Positions 1 to 8,290 of a stretch of 64,000 bases of DNA are shown here, piece by piece. A model generated the notes under the pieces. The model had not been told where the DNA came from, searched no databases, and was given only the letters and a program-made list of their open reading frames with translations. A program made the position numbers and the translations under genes. Within the stretch, counting starts at the first letter, position 1; the number at the start of each line of letters is the position of its first letter. The stretch is from an uncultured Alphaproteobacteria bacterium (GTDB lineage Bacteria; Pseudomonadota; Alphaproteobacteria; RF32; CAG-239): positions 101,025-165,024 of the forward strand of contig CALXVV010000002.1 of the NCBI GenBank assembly GCA_944392205.1, given 5' to 3'.

Positions 1-128
1 AGAATAACAACTGCCGGTAAGGCGGTTATTACCAAAACCACTAGTGCCAAAAGAAGCAGTATCTTTTGTAGAAGGTTGAATTTTATTTTTGCTTTGGCCG
101 GTTGGCGCGTTCTTAATGGTTTTATCAT
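1..128 (-). CDS. hypothetical membrane-anchored protein, N-terminal fragment (continues past window start)
   Basis: Minus-strand ATG (128-126) overlaps the TGA stop (127-125) of the upstream ORF as ATGA. Translation MIKPLRTRQPAKAKIKFNLLQKILLLLALVVLVITALPAVVI has a basic N-terminus followed by a hydrophobic helix. The frame stays open to the window edge. Confidence 0.35.
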   Translation of the reverse strand, partial: MIKPLRTRQPAKAKIKFNLLQKILLLLALVVLVITALPAVVI

Positions 129-2191
129 TTAAACACCCAATAAATGATGCTGAGAACAAAGGAACTCAACATGGTTAAAATTGAAAGAATCGAGCCAAAT
201 TTTATGGCCAGCTCCCTGGATTCTTCATCTAGTTTCGGGCTTCCTTGCAAAATACGATTGCGCTCGGTTACCAGAATATTTACTTTCTTTAGAATGGAGG
301 AGTATTCCGTGCGATCTTTTTTCTTGGCCTCGTCGTTTTCTAAGATATCATAAAGCTCTATTATTTTTCCGCTTCTAGAAATTTTTAAGGCTTCTTGCTC
401 TAAGAACTTGCGATATTTTGTGTTGTGGTAATTCATTATAATCGGTTTGGCCGCTTTTACCAGCCATTGGGTTAAGTTTAACAATTGAACCGGGCCGGTC
501 TTGTTTTGAATATTGGCGTATAACCGCATAATTGCGGATATTTGCAACGCATCTTGATTGGAATTGATGTCGGTTAATATTCCGTCTATCTTCTTACCCA
601 TTTTGCAACGCAGGTAGGCTACGATGTTTTTATCATAGGGTTTATCTTCTTTGTTTTCTGAATAGTTCGAATCCAGAGCTTTTAATAATTTTGACGGAGT
701 GTTTACGAACTCCTTGCCTATCAGCGGACTGGTGCAAGGGAGATCATCATCAAAGTCATAAATAATGCGATCAATGCCGTAACCATAATCGTTGCGGTTT
801 AGATAAACCCTAAATTCATTGCTGTTGGCCGGGGCGTGTAAATAAGGCTGTTCTTGATACCAAATCTTGATTAAATCTCCTGATAAAATTTGGTAAAAAG
901 GCTCCAGGGACCTGCCGCTTTTTAATCCATGGAAGATGGCCTTGGGGAGGCCGCTTGGAAAGACATACATGGTGTCACATTTAATTGGCAAGCTGTAGTC
1001 CAAGTAAATACAGATTTGCGGTAACAGCAAACGGTTCGTTTCGCCTTCTTTATCTGCAGATATCAAACGTTCAATCTTGTTATGAAGTTTTTCATTCTCA
1101 AGTCCGTTTTTTATCCATTCCAGAAGTTTTCCGCTTTTAATTACGGCCAGTCCGTCTGCCGGATTTTCCAGCATCGCCAAGGCAACGGATTTTGCCGTGT
1201 AGTATTTTTCTCCGCCTATGTTTAAGGCTCTCATGGAGCGATCTCCTGGTTCGGAGGAAAAGGTTGGATTCTTACCATCCAGATAGTTATAAATTTGTGA
1301 ACTATTCCAGCGGCTTTCAATGCTGTCTTCCAGCATTCCTTTTAGAAGCGGCATAAATTGATTGGGTATTTTTTCGCCGTTGGAAAGAACTGCCAGAGAG
1401 CCTTTTTTGAGCTTTAATCTTTGTAATTCCGGACCGGAGCAGTTTGGTGAAATCTCGTGTTCTAGTACAATCCCTAAAAGGGTTACACCGGCGGCATAGA
1501 TGTCATCGCTGCTGCTGCCTTGCCCACGGCCCTGGGGTATGCACAAGAGGCTTTCTTGAGTTTCGTAAGCGTTGGGTTGGTATAGGGCCGGAAAAGATGC
1601 CGCGCAATCTCCTAAGACGAGTTCAGAGCCTTCTTCGTCCTTAAAAAAGATGTTGTCCATGCGAATGGCTCTGTGAGTCAGATTGTAGTTTTTTAGAGCT
1701 TCACAACCGGAAACCAATGACAATACCAAGGATTTAAATTTTTCAAAACTTGGCCTTTCTTTTGAGATGGCCTGAGAAACCTTCGGGCCGGTCGGGCGGT
1801 TGTAGATTAATGCCATGTTCATGGTCTTTTCAGGCTTATAATCAACAACGCTATAATCTATAAGTTTCAGCAAATTCGGGTGTTCTATTGATTTTAAGTA
1901 GGGCAACATTGAAAGTCTGGGCGGAAAGTTGTTGTCGCACAGGAGGGCAAAAAGTTCACGCTGTGGATTTATTTTGTCTTTTACGACATAGGCCTTGGCC
2001 CCGTTGGCGTTTAATTCCGGCAAAGGATGACTATAGTCAATTTCAAAACGTTCTTTTACAAGGTAAGTATTGTCAGAAACGCCCCCTTCTTGCCGATCTT
2101 GGTTGGAAACCTCTTCTGGTGCCAAAACGAGGTTCTCCTCTGGAGATGAGGTTTCTTTTGAGATTTCTTTGGTGTTTTCTTCTTCCGCCAT
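125..2191 (-). CDS. tail-anchored protein-kinase-like protein, predicted pseudokinase
   Basis: ORF track 125..2269; I prefer the ATG at 2191 (MAEEENTKE). Kinase-fold landmarks by eye: AYVVKDK (VAIK-like Lys), HRAIRMDNIF (HRD loop with Asp replaced by Ala), LGDCAAS (DFG-like), DDIYAAGVTLLGIV (subdomain IX-like). C-terminal hydrophobic helix FGSILSILTMLSSFVLSIIYWVF. Confidence 0.6.
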   Translation of the reverse strand: MAEEENTKEISKETSSPEENLVLAPEEVSNQDRQEGGVSDNTYLVKERFEIDYSHPLPELNANGAKAYVVKDKINPQRELFALLCDNNFPPRLSMLPYLKSIEHPNLLKLIDYSVVDYKPEKTMNMALIYNRPTGPKVSQAISKERPSFEKFKSLVLSLVSGCEALKNYNLTHRAIRMDNIFFKDEEGSELVLGDCAASFPALYQPNAYETQESLLCIPQGRGQGSSSDDIYAAGVTLLGIVLEHEISPNCSGPELQRLKLKKGSLAVLSNGEKIPNQFMPLLKGMLEDSIESRWNSSQIYNYLDGKNPTFSSEPGDRSMRALNIGGEKYYTAKSVALAMLENPADGLAVIKSGKLLEWIKNGLENEKLHNKIERLISADKEGETNRLLLPQICIYLDYSLPIKCDTMYVFPSGLPKAIFHGLKSGRSLEPFYQILSGDLIKIWYQEQPYLHAPANSNEFRVYLNRNDYGYGIDRIIYDFDDDLPCTSPLIGKEFVNTPSKLLKALDSNYSENKEDKPYDKNIVAYLRCKMGKKIDGILTDINSNQDALQISAIMRLYANIQNKTGPVQLLNLTQWLVKAAKPIIMNYHNTKYRKFLEQEALKISRSGKIIELYDILENDEAKKKDRTEYSSILKKVNILVTERNRILQGSPKLDEESRELAIKFGSILSILTMLSSFVLSIIYWVFK

Positions 2192-2318
2192 GGTTGAATT
2201 CTTTCTTTTTTTGCATAGATGAACGAAGTATATTCTAATATTATTAAAAAAATACAAAGATTTTGGCATTGTGTTTTTGATAAATAGATTCTAAACTACG
2301 AAAAAACAGATAAATAAG

Positions 2319-3398
2319 ATGAGTGAAAATAGTTCTTTAAATATTGAAAATTTAGACGGTGATGCAAAACTTGCCTCGGCCACAGGGGTTGATTTGTCTT
2401 TGTTGAAAAATGCCAGCCAATATGGCGTTGCCCTTAATGATCTTGAAAATTTTAATGCTCAACCTCCTCAAACAGAGTTGCCAAAACAACAAAAGAAAAA
2501 AATTAAGGAAAAGTATTTTTGGCAAGATTTGGATGTTAATCTTGGTGATATTGTTAATTTGGTTATGAATAGTTCTGAGCGGCCGATTGTTATGGTTAGT
2601 GATGATAAGGCCGTTTATTTTAACTTTACAGCAATGCAAATGCTGGACATCAAAGATGTGAAGTCTTCTTTGGGGGAGCCTTTCCTTTCGTTTGTTGATA
2701 AGCAAGATTGGAATCTTATGACCTCCAGTATTGGCGAGATGCTGACCTCTGCTCAAAAGCAAAAAATTAGATTGCGCTCTCTCAAGGGGAAGGTTATTCC
2801 GGTTGAATTCCAGGCCATCTATTTGCCAGATACTAAGCATTTTTCTTTTATTTTGGTCGGAAACCACCAAAATAAAAGCAACAAGCCGTTCTTTAACAAC
2901 TTGTATGATGATTTGACCGGGTTGCCTAACTTCTTCTTGTTTGAAGACAGGGTGCAAATGTCTGTTAATAATGAAAATTATAAGGATTCCAGGTTGCCGA
3001 AAGACTTGATTGCCGTTGTTGGGGTTAATGTTGACAATATTGAATCTTTCAGAAAGCTTCACTTGGAAGAATTTGTTATCAAAAAACTTGCCAACACTTT
3101 GGTTTTGAGTTTGAAAAAAAATTATACCGTGGCCAGAGGGTTGAAATATCATTTTTGGATATTGATGCCTGATTTGATGAGTGGTTATGATCTTGATATG
3201 GAGATAAAAAAGCTTATGGCTCTGCTTAAAGAAGGTGTGAGCGATAATTTTACGACCCACGACTTAACCGTTAGCGTCGGCGCCAGCGTCTTTCCTAATC
3301 CGGCGCGGTCGGCAAAAAAACTGATTGAACAAGCCATAGAGGCTCTAAAGCAATCTCAAGAACAAGAAGGAAGCTCTTTGGTGATGTTTCAGAAATAA
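2319..3398 (+). CDS. PAS-like sensor plus degenerate GGDEF-domain protein
   Basis: The GGDEF-domain start motif YDDLTGLPN is present. The signature position reads ARGLKYHFWILMP instead of R-GGDEF-x-LLP, and the GH..GD region is absent. The N-terminal half is PAS-like (ERPIVMVSDDKAVYFNFTAMQMLD). Confidence 0.65.
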   Translation: MSENSSLNIENLDGDAKLASATGVDLSLLKNASQYGVALNDLENFNAQPPQTELPKQQKKKIKEKYFWQDLDVNLGDIVNLVMNSSERPIVMVSDDKAVYFNFTAMQMLDIKDVKSSLGEPFLSFVDKQDWNLMTSSIGEMLTSAQKQKIRLRSLKGKVIPVEFQAIYLPDTKHFSFILVGNHQNKSNKPFFNNLYDDLTGLPNFFLFEDRVQMSVNNENYKDSRLPKDLIAVVGVNVDNIESFRKLHLEEFVIKKLANTLVLSLKKNYTVARGLKYHFWILMPDLMSGYDLDMEIKKLMALLKEGVSDNFTTHDLTVSVGASVFPNPARSAKKLIEQAIEALKQSQEQEGSSLVMFQK

Positions 3399-3427
3399 AA
3401 AATCCCGCCAAATCGGCGGGATTTTTT
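3397..3427. terminator. bidirectional rho-independent terminator
   Basis: Hairpin atcccgcc (3402-3409) / ggcgggat (3415-3422) flanked by an A-run and a T-run. It lies between convergent genes. Confidence 0.7.
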
Positions 3428-3438
3428 GTAATGATTGT

Positions 3439-4167
3439 TTATCTGCGGTCTCCAAAGAAGCGCAACAGGTAAATGAACATGTTAATGAAGTCAAGATACA
3501 GTGACAAAGCACCGGAAATAGCTTTTTTGGTGGCTATCTCGCTACTATCTCCTTCATAATACATATCCCGGATTCTTTGGGTATCATAAGCAGTTAAGCC
3601 AACAAAGATACCAACGGCTAAAATTGAAATAGCATAGTCAACACCGGGGCTTTTCATGAAGATGTTAACAATCATGGCGATGATGATGCCAAACAAGCCC
3701 ATCATTAAAAACGAGCCCATACCGCTTAGGTCTTTTTTGGTGGTGTAGCCGTAGAGGCTCATGGCGCCAAAAGTGCCGGCCGTGATCAAGAAAACCCTAG
3801 CAACACTGGCACCGGTATAAGCTAAGAGAATCGGTGTCAGAGATGCGCCCATAACTGCTGCATAGGCCCAAAATAAGCCTTGAACCTGAGCAGATGTTCC
3901 TCTATTTAGTACCCAGCCAAAGGCAAAAACCATTACCAACGGAGCAATAAACATCAACCATCCGAATCCGGACATACCGGTAACTTGGCCGAGCTGATTA
4001 ACGTTAAAGAACAATCCCAGTAAAGAGGTGTTGCCAATAATATAGGCACTCAAAGCGGTGAGGCACAATCCTGCCGCCATAAAGTTATAAACTTTTATCA
4101 TATATTGGCGCAAACCTTCACTAATTGAGGCAGAGGCTGCTGTTTGTGAATATGATTTGTTTTCCAT
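3439..4167 (-). CDS. Bax inhibitor-1/YccA (TMBIM) family membrane protein
   Basis: 242 aa with about 7 hydrophobic helices. N-terminal GLRQYMIKVYNFMAAGL and C-terminal DFINMFIYLLRFFG are typical of the BI-1/YbhL/YccA family. Confidence 0.85.
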   Translation of the reverse strand: MENKSYSQTAASASISEGLRQYMIKVYNFMAAGLCLTALSAYIIGNTSLLGLFFNVNQLGQVTGMSGFGWLMFIAPLVMVFAFGWVLNRGTSAQVQGLFWAYAAVMGASLTPILLAYTGASVARVFLITAGTFGAMSLYGYTTKKDLSGMGSFLMMGLFGIIIAMIVNIFMKSPGVDYAISILAVGIFVGLTAYDTQRIRDMYYEGDSSEIATKKAISGALSLYLDFINMFIYLLRFFGDRR

Positions 4168-4240
4168 TCAGTTTTCCTTTTTATGTTACGTTGTACTAAG
4201 ATAAATATAGGGTATGAAGTTTGAAAAATCAACTTGCAAA

Positions 4241-4894
4241 TTAAATGTAGCGGTAAAGCTCTTTGCCTTTTATTTTTAACCAGCGGCGTCCATCTTGGTA
4301 ATTAGGACAAAGGGTGGCAACGCAATTCCAAAAGTTTGCAGAATGATCTTGGTGTAAGAGGTGAGAAACCTCGTGGCAGACGAGATAATCAATGACGTGT
4401 TTGGGGGCCAAAATTATCCGCCAATTATAGTTGATATTGTTTTTGCTGGAGCAGCTGCCCCAGCGGGATTTGGTGTCTTTAATGCTTATGTGATGAACGG
4501 TTTTGCCTAGTTGTTTGGCTTTGGCAATTGAAAGTTTTGACAGTTCTTTGGCGGCAAGTTTTTTTAAAAAATCGCTTACACGACGGTGTAAAAATTCCGG
4601 TTCGCCGCCAACAACCAAAAAGCCATCTTTGAGAGCTATTCCTCTTTGGCCGCGGTGGTGGGTGATGATAACTTTTTCTCCCATTATGGAGATGCTTTCT
4701 CCGTTTTCAAATTTTTCGGCTGTGGGTAAACGGGCCAGCATATTGCGAATCCAGTCGCGATGCTCTTCCACAAAGTTGATAGCTTTGCGAGATGTGCAAT
4801 ACTTGGGAATGGTTAGTACCGGAAGATGATTTTTGTCATCAATCCTTAGGGTTAGGCGTTTGGCCAAGGGAGATTTTATAATCTTTATTTCCAT
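4241..4894 (-). CDS. YgjP-like metal-dependent hydrolase (DUF45/M48 superfamily)
   Basis: HEVSHLLHQDHS HExxH motif and WGSCSS motif typical of YgjP. ORF track extends to 4954; I chose the ATG at 4894 (MEIKIIKS), which avoids a 41-nt overlap with the upstream gene. Confidence 0.7.
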   Translation of the reverse strand: MEIKIIKSPLAKRLTLRIDDKNHLPVLTIPKYCTSRKAINFVEEHRDWIRNMLARLPTAEKFENGESISIMGEKVIITHHRGQRGIALKDGFLVVGGEPEFLHRRVSDFLKKLAAKELSKLSIAKAKQLGKTVHHISIKDTKSRWGSCSSKNNINYNWRIILAPKHVIDYLVCHEVSHLLHQDHSANFWNCVATLCPNYQDGRRWLKIKGKELYRYI

Positions 4895-4913
4895 CCCTAA
4901 AGCTTCTGCAATA

Positions 4914-5423
4914 TCAGAGGTCCGGCCAGTCAACAATGTAATCTTCATAGTCATTTACTCCGGTTTCTGATACAACTTCTCGGTTTTGCAAAGACATTCC
5001 TGCCTCATGGACAGAGGCGGCTCTTTTTGTCTTTAAGGGGTGCCAATCGGGCAAATCTTGGCCGTTGTCTAAAAGCCAATAGGCGCAAGTCTTGGGCAGC
5101 CATCGTGGCTTTTCTCTCACGGCGGCTAAGTCTATATTGCGGCAGTCAGGTACTTTTTTAAAACGGTGTTCATATATTTTGCAGAGGCAGGTCTGGCAAT
5201 CTAAAAATCGGCAGACTGTGCGAGTGAACTTGATGCGGCCGCGGATTTCAAGTTTGTTTAGGCAGCACTTTCCACAGCCGTCGCATAAAAGCTCCCATTC
5301 TCTTTGGGACATTTCTTCCAGTTTTTTCTTCTTCCAAAATTCTGGTTCAATATCTTCCAGGTGTTTATAGCGTTGCTCGGGATCAAAGGGAGAATCCAGC
5401 CAATTATCAGTCATCGTCTGCAT
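4914..5423 (-). CDS. ycgN: YcgN (UPF0260) family Cys-cluster protein, paralog 1
   Basis: WELLCDGCGKCCLNKLE, CQTCLCKIYEHRF, TCAYWLL..DLPDWHPL match my recollection of E. coli YcgN. Confidence 0.8.
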   Translation of the reverse strand: MQTMTDNWLDSPFDPEQRYKHLEDIEPEFWKKKKLEEMSQREWELLCDGCGKCCLNKLEIRGRIKFTRTVCRFLDCQTCLCKIYEHRFKKVPDCRNIDLAAVREKPRWLPKTCAYWLLDNGQDLPDWHPLKTKRAASVHEAGMSLQNREVVSETGVNDYEDYIVDWPDL

Positions 5424-5847
5424 CCTCTATAATATGGTCTTCAAGCTCTTCTTCCGGCACCAAAAGCTCGCTCACAACAGAGTTTGAGACTTTGAGTTCT
5501 TCAGGCAAAGGTTTCTTTGTTTTTAGCGGGTGCCAGGCCGGCAGATCTCCGGTGCGGGCTAAAATATAGTAGGCGCAGGTTTCCGGAATCCATGAAATCT
5601 TGCCAATATTTTCAGAAGTGAGTTTTAGGCAGGTGGGTACGAGCTTGCAACGGTTGGCATATTCTGTGCAGAGGTGTGTTTGGCAATCGTGATACCGGCA
5701 AATAACATCGGTTTCATAAACTTCATCCGAATCCTCATCTTGCAGTTTGATGAGGCAACATCTGCCGCAATGGGTGCAAATGGATTCCCATTCTTCAGGC
5801 GTATATTCGTTTAGTTTTTTTGTTTTCCAGAAGGGTTTTTGAGCCAT
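5407..5847 (-). CDS. ycgN: YcgN (UPF0260) family Cys-cluster protein, paralog 2
   Basis: WESICTHCGRCCLIKLQDEDSDEVYETDVICRY, TCAYYIL..DLPAWHPL. It overlaps paralog 1 by 17 nt. Confidence 0.8.
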   Translation of the reverse strand: MAQKPFWKTKKLNEYTPEEWESICTHCGRCCLIKLQDEDSDEVYETDVICRYHDCQTHLCTEYANRCKLVPTCLKLTSENIGKISWIPETCAYYILARTGDLPAWHPLKTKKPLPEELKVSNSVVSELLVPEEELEDHIIEDADDD

Positions 5848-5915
5848 CTTGTTTTTTATCCGATTGTTGGTAGTCTTTAGTTATGCTATATTAAATTTAT
5901 TAAGGAGATATAAAT

Positions 5916-6101
5916 ATGTTTGGCTGGCTGGTTAAAATGCTTATGAAGACACCTGTTGGGCCATCCGGTTGTGCTTGTTGTGAAGGACATAGACGACGTT
6001 TGGAGGAAATGCGAAAAGAAATCGTCGGTGAAAATATTGACGAAGAAATCGAAAAGGATTCTGACGCGCCAGATGATGGGCAAACTATTCATCATCTCTG
6101 A
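5916..6101 (+). CDS. small hypothetical protein (61 aa) with CACCEGH motif and acidic tail
   Basis: AAGGAG at 5901-5906, 9 nt before the ATG. Composition is plausible. Competing antisense ORFs have no RBS. Confidence 0.4.
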   Translation: MFGWLVKMLMKTPVGPSGCACCEGHRRRLEEMRKEIVGENIDEEIEKDSDAPDDGQTIHHL

Positions 6102-6303
6102 AATATTCTATCTTTCCTCTTTTAGAGAGTTGGTATTTCAGCCACAACCAACGGATTCCCGCAATGAGAAAAAGCGGAATGAACACGTAGGTAAACACAA
6201 CCGCAAAAATGGTGGCGCCCAACGCAATTAAGGTCACAACCGCGGCAATACCCAGGGCGGCAGCTAAAACATATAGTAAAACACTCATAAAATTGACAGG
6301 CAT
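6085..6303 (-). CDS. small two-helix membrane protein (72 aa)
   Basis: The ATG lies 1 nt after the dnaB stop, with AGGAG inside the dnaB 3' end. Two clear hydrophobic helices. Confidence 0.5.
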   Translation of the reverse strand: MPVNFMSVLLYVLAAALGIAAVVTLIALGATIFAVVFTYVFIPLFLIAGIRWLWLKYQLSKRGKIEYFRDDE

Positions 6304-6304
6304 T

Positions 6305-7780
6305 CTAATCTCCTATTCTGTCAGGCAAATATTCTTCTTTTGCCAAATTACCAAATTGCGCGTAATCCCCATTCCAAAACAGTTGAACTGTTCCAGTCGG
6401 GCCGTGACGCTGTTTGCCGATGATGACCTCGGCAACATTTTGGGTGGCGCGTTTTCTGGCCTCCCATTCTTCCATACGTTTCTGCAAATGCTCCGGTGTT
6501 TCAGAGGCTTTTTGTTGAGGCTCTTCGTTTTGGAGGTAGTAGTTTTCACGATAAACAAACATAACAATATCGGCGTCTTGCTCAATAGAACCTGATTCAC
6601 GCAGGTCTGACATAACGGGGCGCTTATCATCTCTTTGTTCAACACCGCGGTTTAATTGAGACAGGGCAATTACCGGAAGATTTAATTCTTTGGCTAAAAT
6701 TTTCAATCCACGAGAGATCTCAGAAAGTTCTTGAACACGGTTGCCCTCAGAGCGTTTGGAGCCGGTACCTGAAATCAGTTGGATATAGTCAATAACAATG
6801 CAACCCAAGCCCTTATTTCTTTTTAGTCTTCTGGCGCGGGTGCGAATGGTGTTGATGTTTAGGCCCGGTGTGTCATCAATATAGAGCGGAATCTTCTCTA
6901 ACTCTCTAACAGCGGCGGCAATGCGGGTGAATTCAGCGTTATCCAGCTCTCCAGTACGCATCTTGTGGCCATTGGTTTGGGTTACGGTTGAAAGAATACG
7001 AGAGGCCAATTGGTCTGCCGACATTTCCAGTGAGAAGAAAGCAACACCTCTGGATTTTTCATCCAGATCTTTGGCATGCAGCATATATTCGGCAACATTA
7101 TAGGCAATGTTGGTGGCAAGAGCCGTTTTTCCCATGGCCGGACGGCCGGCAATGATGATTAAGTCAGAGTTATTTAGGCCGCCGGTTTTGTTGTCAAGCG
7201 CATCAAGCCCTGTCGGAAGGCCGGAGATTTTACCATCTTTTTGATAGGCTTGTTCAATGTGAGTCAAAGAAGAAGTCAGTGCTTCAGAAAAATCTACAAA
7301 ACCACCGTTGATATCTCCTTGGTTGGAAAGCTCAAATAAGCGTTTTTCGGCTTCTTCTATTTGTTCGGAGGCATCAGAATCAATATCTTCTTTGGTGGCG
7401 TTGTTGACAATATCAAAGCCTGTGGCTATCAACTCACGCCGTAGATATTTATCATAAATAAATTGGGCATAGTATTCGGCGTTGGTCAGCGGTGTGGCAG
7501 AATCGGCCAGTTTTACCAAGTATTTGGTACCGCCGACATCATTTAGGGTGCCGTCTTGCTCAAAATAGTTCTTTAAGGTAATGACATCGGCCACGTGTCC
7601 GCGGGTGATAAGCTTGGAGATAACCTCGAATATTTTTGCGTGAGTGGAATCGGCAAAATGTTGTGGTTTCAAAAATTCAGAAACTTTTTCAAATGCTTTG
7701 TTGTTGGCCAAAATGGCGCCAAGCAAGGCTTGTTCGGCTTCAATGTTTTGCGGGAGGGTGCTGATATCTGGTGCTTCCAT
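6305..7780 (-). CDS. dnaB: replicative DNA helicase DnaB
   Basis: NIEAEQALLGAIL N-terminus, Walker A GRPAMGKTALA, IVIDYIQL, KQRHGPTG. Confidence 0.95.
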   Translation of the reverse strand: MEAPDISTLPQNIEAEQALLGAILANNKAFEKVSEFLKPQHFADSTHAKIFEVISKLITRGHVADVITLKNYFEQDGTLNDVGGTKYLVKLADSATPLTNAEYYAQFIYDKYLRRELIATGFDIVNNATKEDIDSDASEQIEEAEKRLFELSNQGDINGGFVDFSEALTSSLTHIEQAYQKDGKISGLPTGLDALDNKTGGLNNSDLIIIAGRPAMGKTALATNIAYNVAEYMLHAKDLDEKSRGVAFFSLEMSADQLASRILSTVTQTNGHKMRTGELDNAEFTRIAAAVRELEKIPLYIDDTPGLNINTIRTRARRLKRNKGLGCIVIDYIQLISGTGSKRSEGNRVQELSEISRGLKILAKELNLPVIALSQLNRGVEQRDDKRPVMSDLRESGSIEQDADIVMFVYRENYYLQNEEPQQKASETPEHLQKRMEEWEARKRATQNVAEVIIGKQRHGPTGTVQLFWNGDYAQFGNLAKEEYLPDRIGD

Positions 7781-7878
7781 AGTTCTAAACTTTTTATAGA
7801 TGTTGTTTAATTTGCTTTTGTTTATAGCAACAAAAATTTAAAACACCAACTATATTTCTTGTTTGATATTTTCAGCCC

Positions 7879-7896
7879 TGTGGATTGTGTGGATAA
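7879..7896. promoter_or_regulatory. tandem DnaA-box-like sites upstream of dnaB
   Basis: tgtggataa at 7888-7896 is the exact reverse complement of TTATCCACA. An adjacent imperfect copy tgtggattg lies at 7879-7887. Both are about 100 nt upstream of the dnaB start. Confidence 0.45.
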
Positions 7897-7907
7897 TGGG
7901 GATAACT

Positions 7908-7940
7908 AAAAAAACCCTCGCTAATGACGAGGGTTTTTTT
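7908..7940 (-). terminator. rho-independent terminator after rpmB
   Basis: aaaccctcg (7912-7920) / cgagggttt (7928-7936) hairpin with flanking A and T runs. Confidence 0.7.
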
Positions 7941-7970
7941 AAGACCTTAACCTTGGATGGTTAATTGTTA

Positions 7971-8258
7971 TTATTTAGAAGCTTTCTTTTTAGCGATTGA
8001 TTTTTTGATTTTTTTAGCTTCATCTGTCAACTTGTTGTTGGATGTAGACTCGAGATAAGCATCCAAACCACCGTTGTGCTCAATGCTGCGCAAAGTTTTG
8101 GAGCAAACTTTCAACTTGAAAATTTTGCCCAAAGTGTCGCTCAACAAAGAAACAACCTGCAAGTTAGGCAGGAAACGACGACGGGTCTTGTTGTTGGCGT
8201 GGCTGACATTGTTGCCGCTCTGAACGCCAGTGCCCGAAATATCACATTTTTTTGCCAT
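7971..8258 (-). CDS. rpmB: 50S ribosomal protein L28
   Basis: MAKKCDISGTGVQSGNNVSHANNKTRRRFLPNLQ is the canonical L28 N-terminus. Confidence 0.9.
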   Translation of the reverse strand: MAKKCDISGTGVQSGNNVSHANNKTRRRFLPNLQVVSLLSDTLGKIFKLKVCSKTLRSIEHNGGLDAYLESTSNNKLTDEAKKIKKSIAKKKASK

Positions 8259-8290
8259 TTTTTTAATCCTTTATCAAAACTAGTTGCCTC

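Noticed and set aside
2352-3260. 302-aa minus-strand ORF opposite the PAS-GGDEF gene
   Set aside because: Shadow ORF. The plus-strand frame carries the DDLTGLPN GGDEF-entry motif and ends at a terminator, while the antisense product is Ile/Phe/Asn/Gln low-complexity.
7781-7970. Chromosomal replication origin (oriC) in the dnaB-rpmB intergenic region
   Set aside because: There are only two adjacent DnaA-box-like 9-mers, no cluster of boxes, and no AT-rich 13-mer-type repeats. The location is not the usual alphaproteobacterial hemE-linked origin. I interpret the boxes as a promoter-proximal DnaA site at most.
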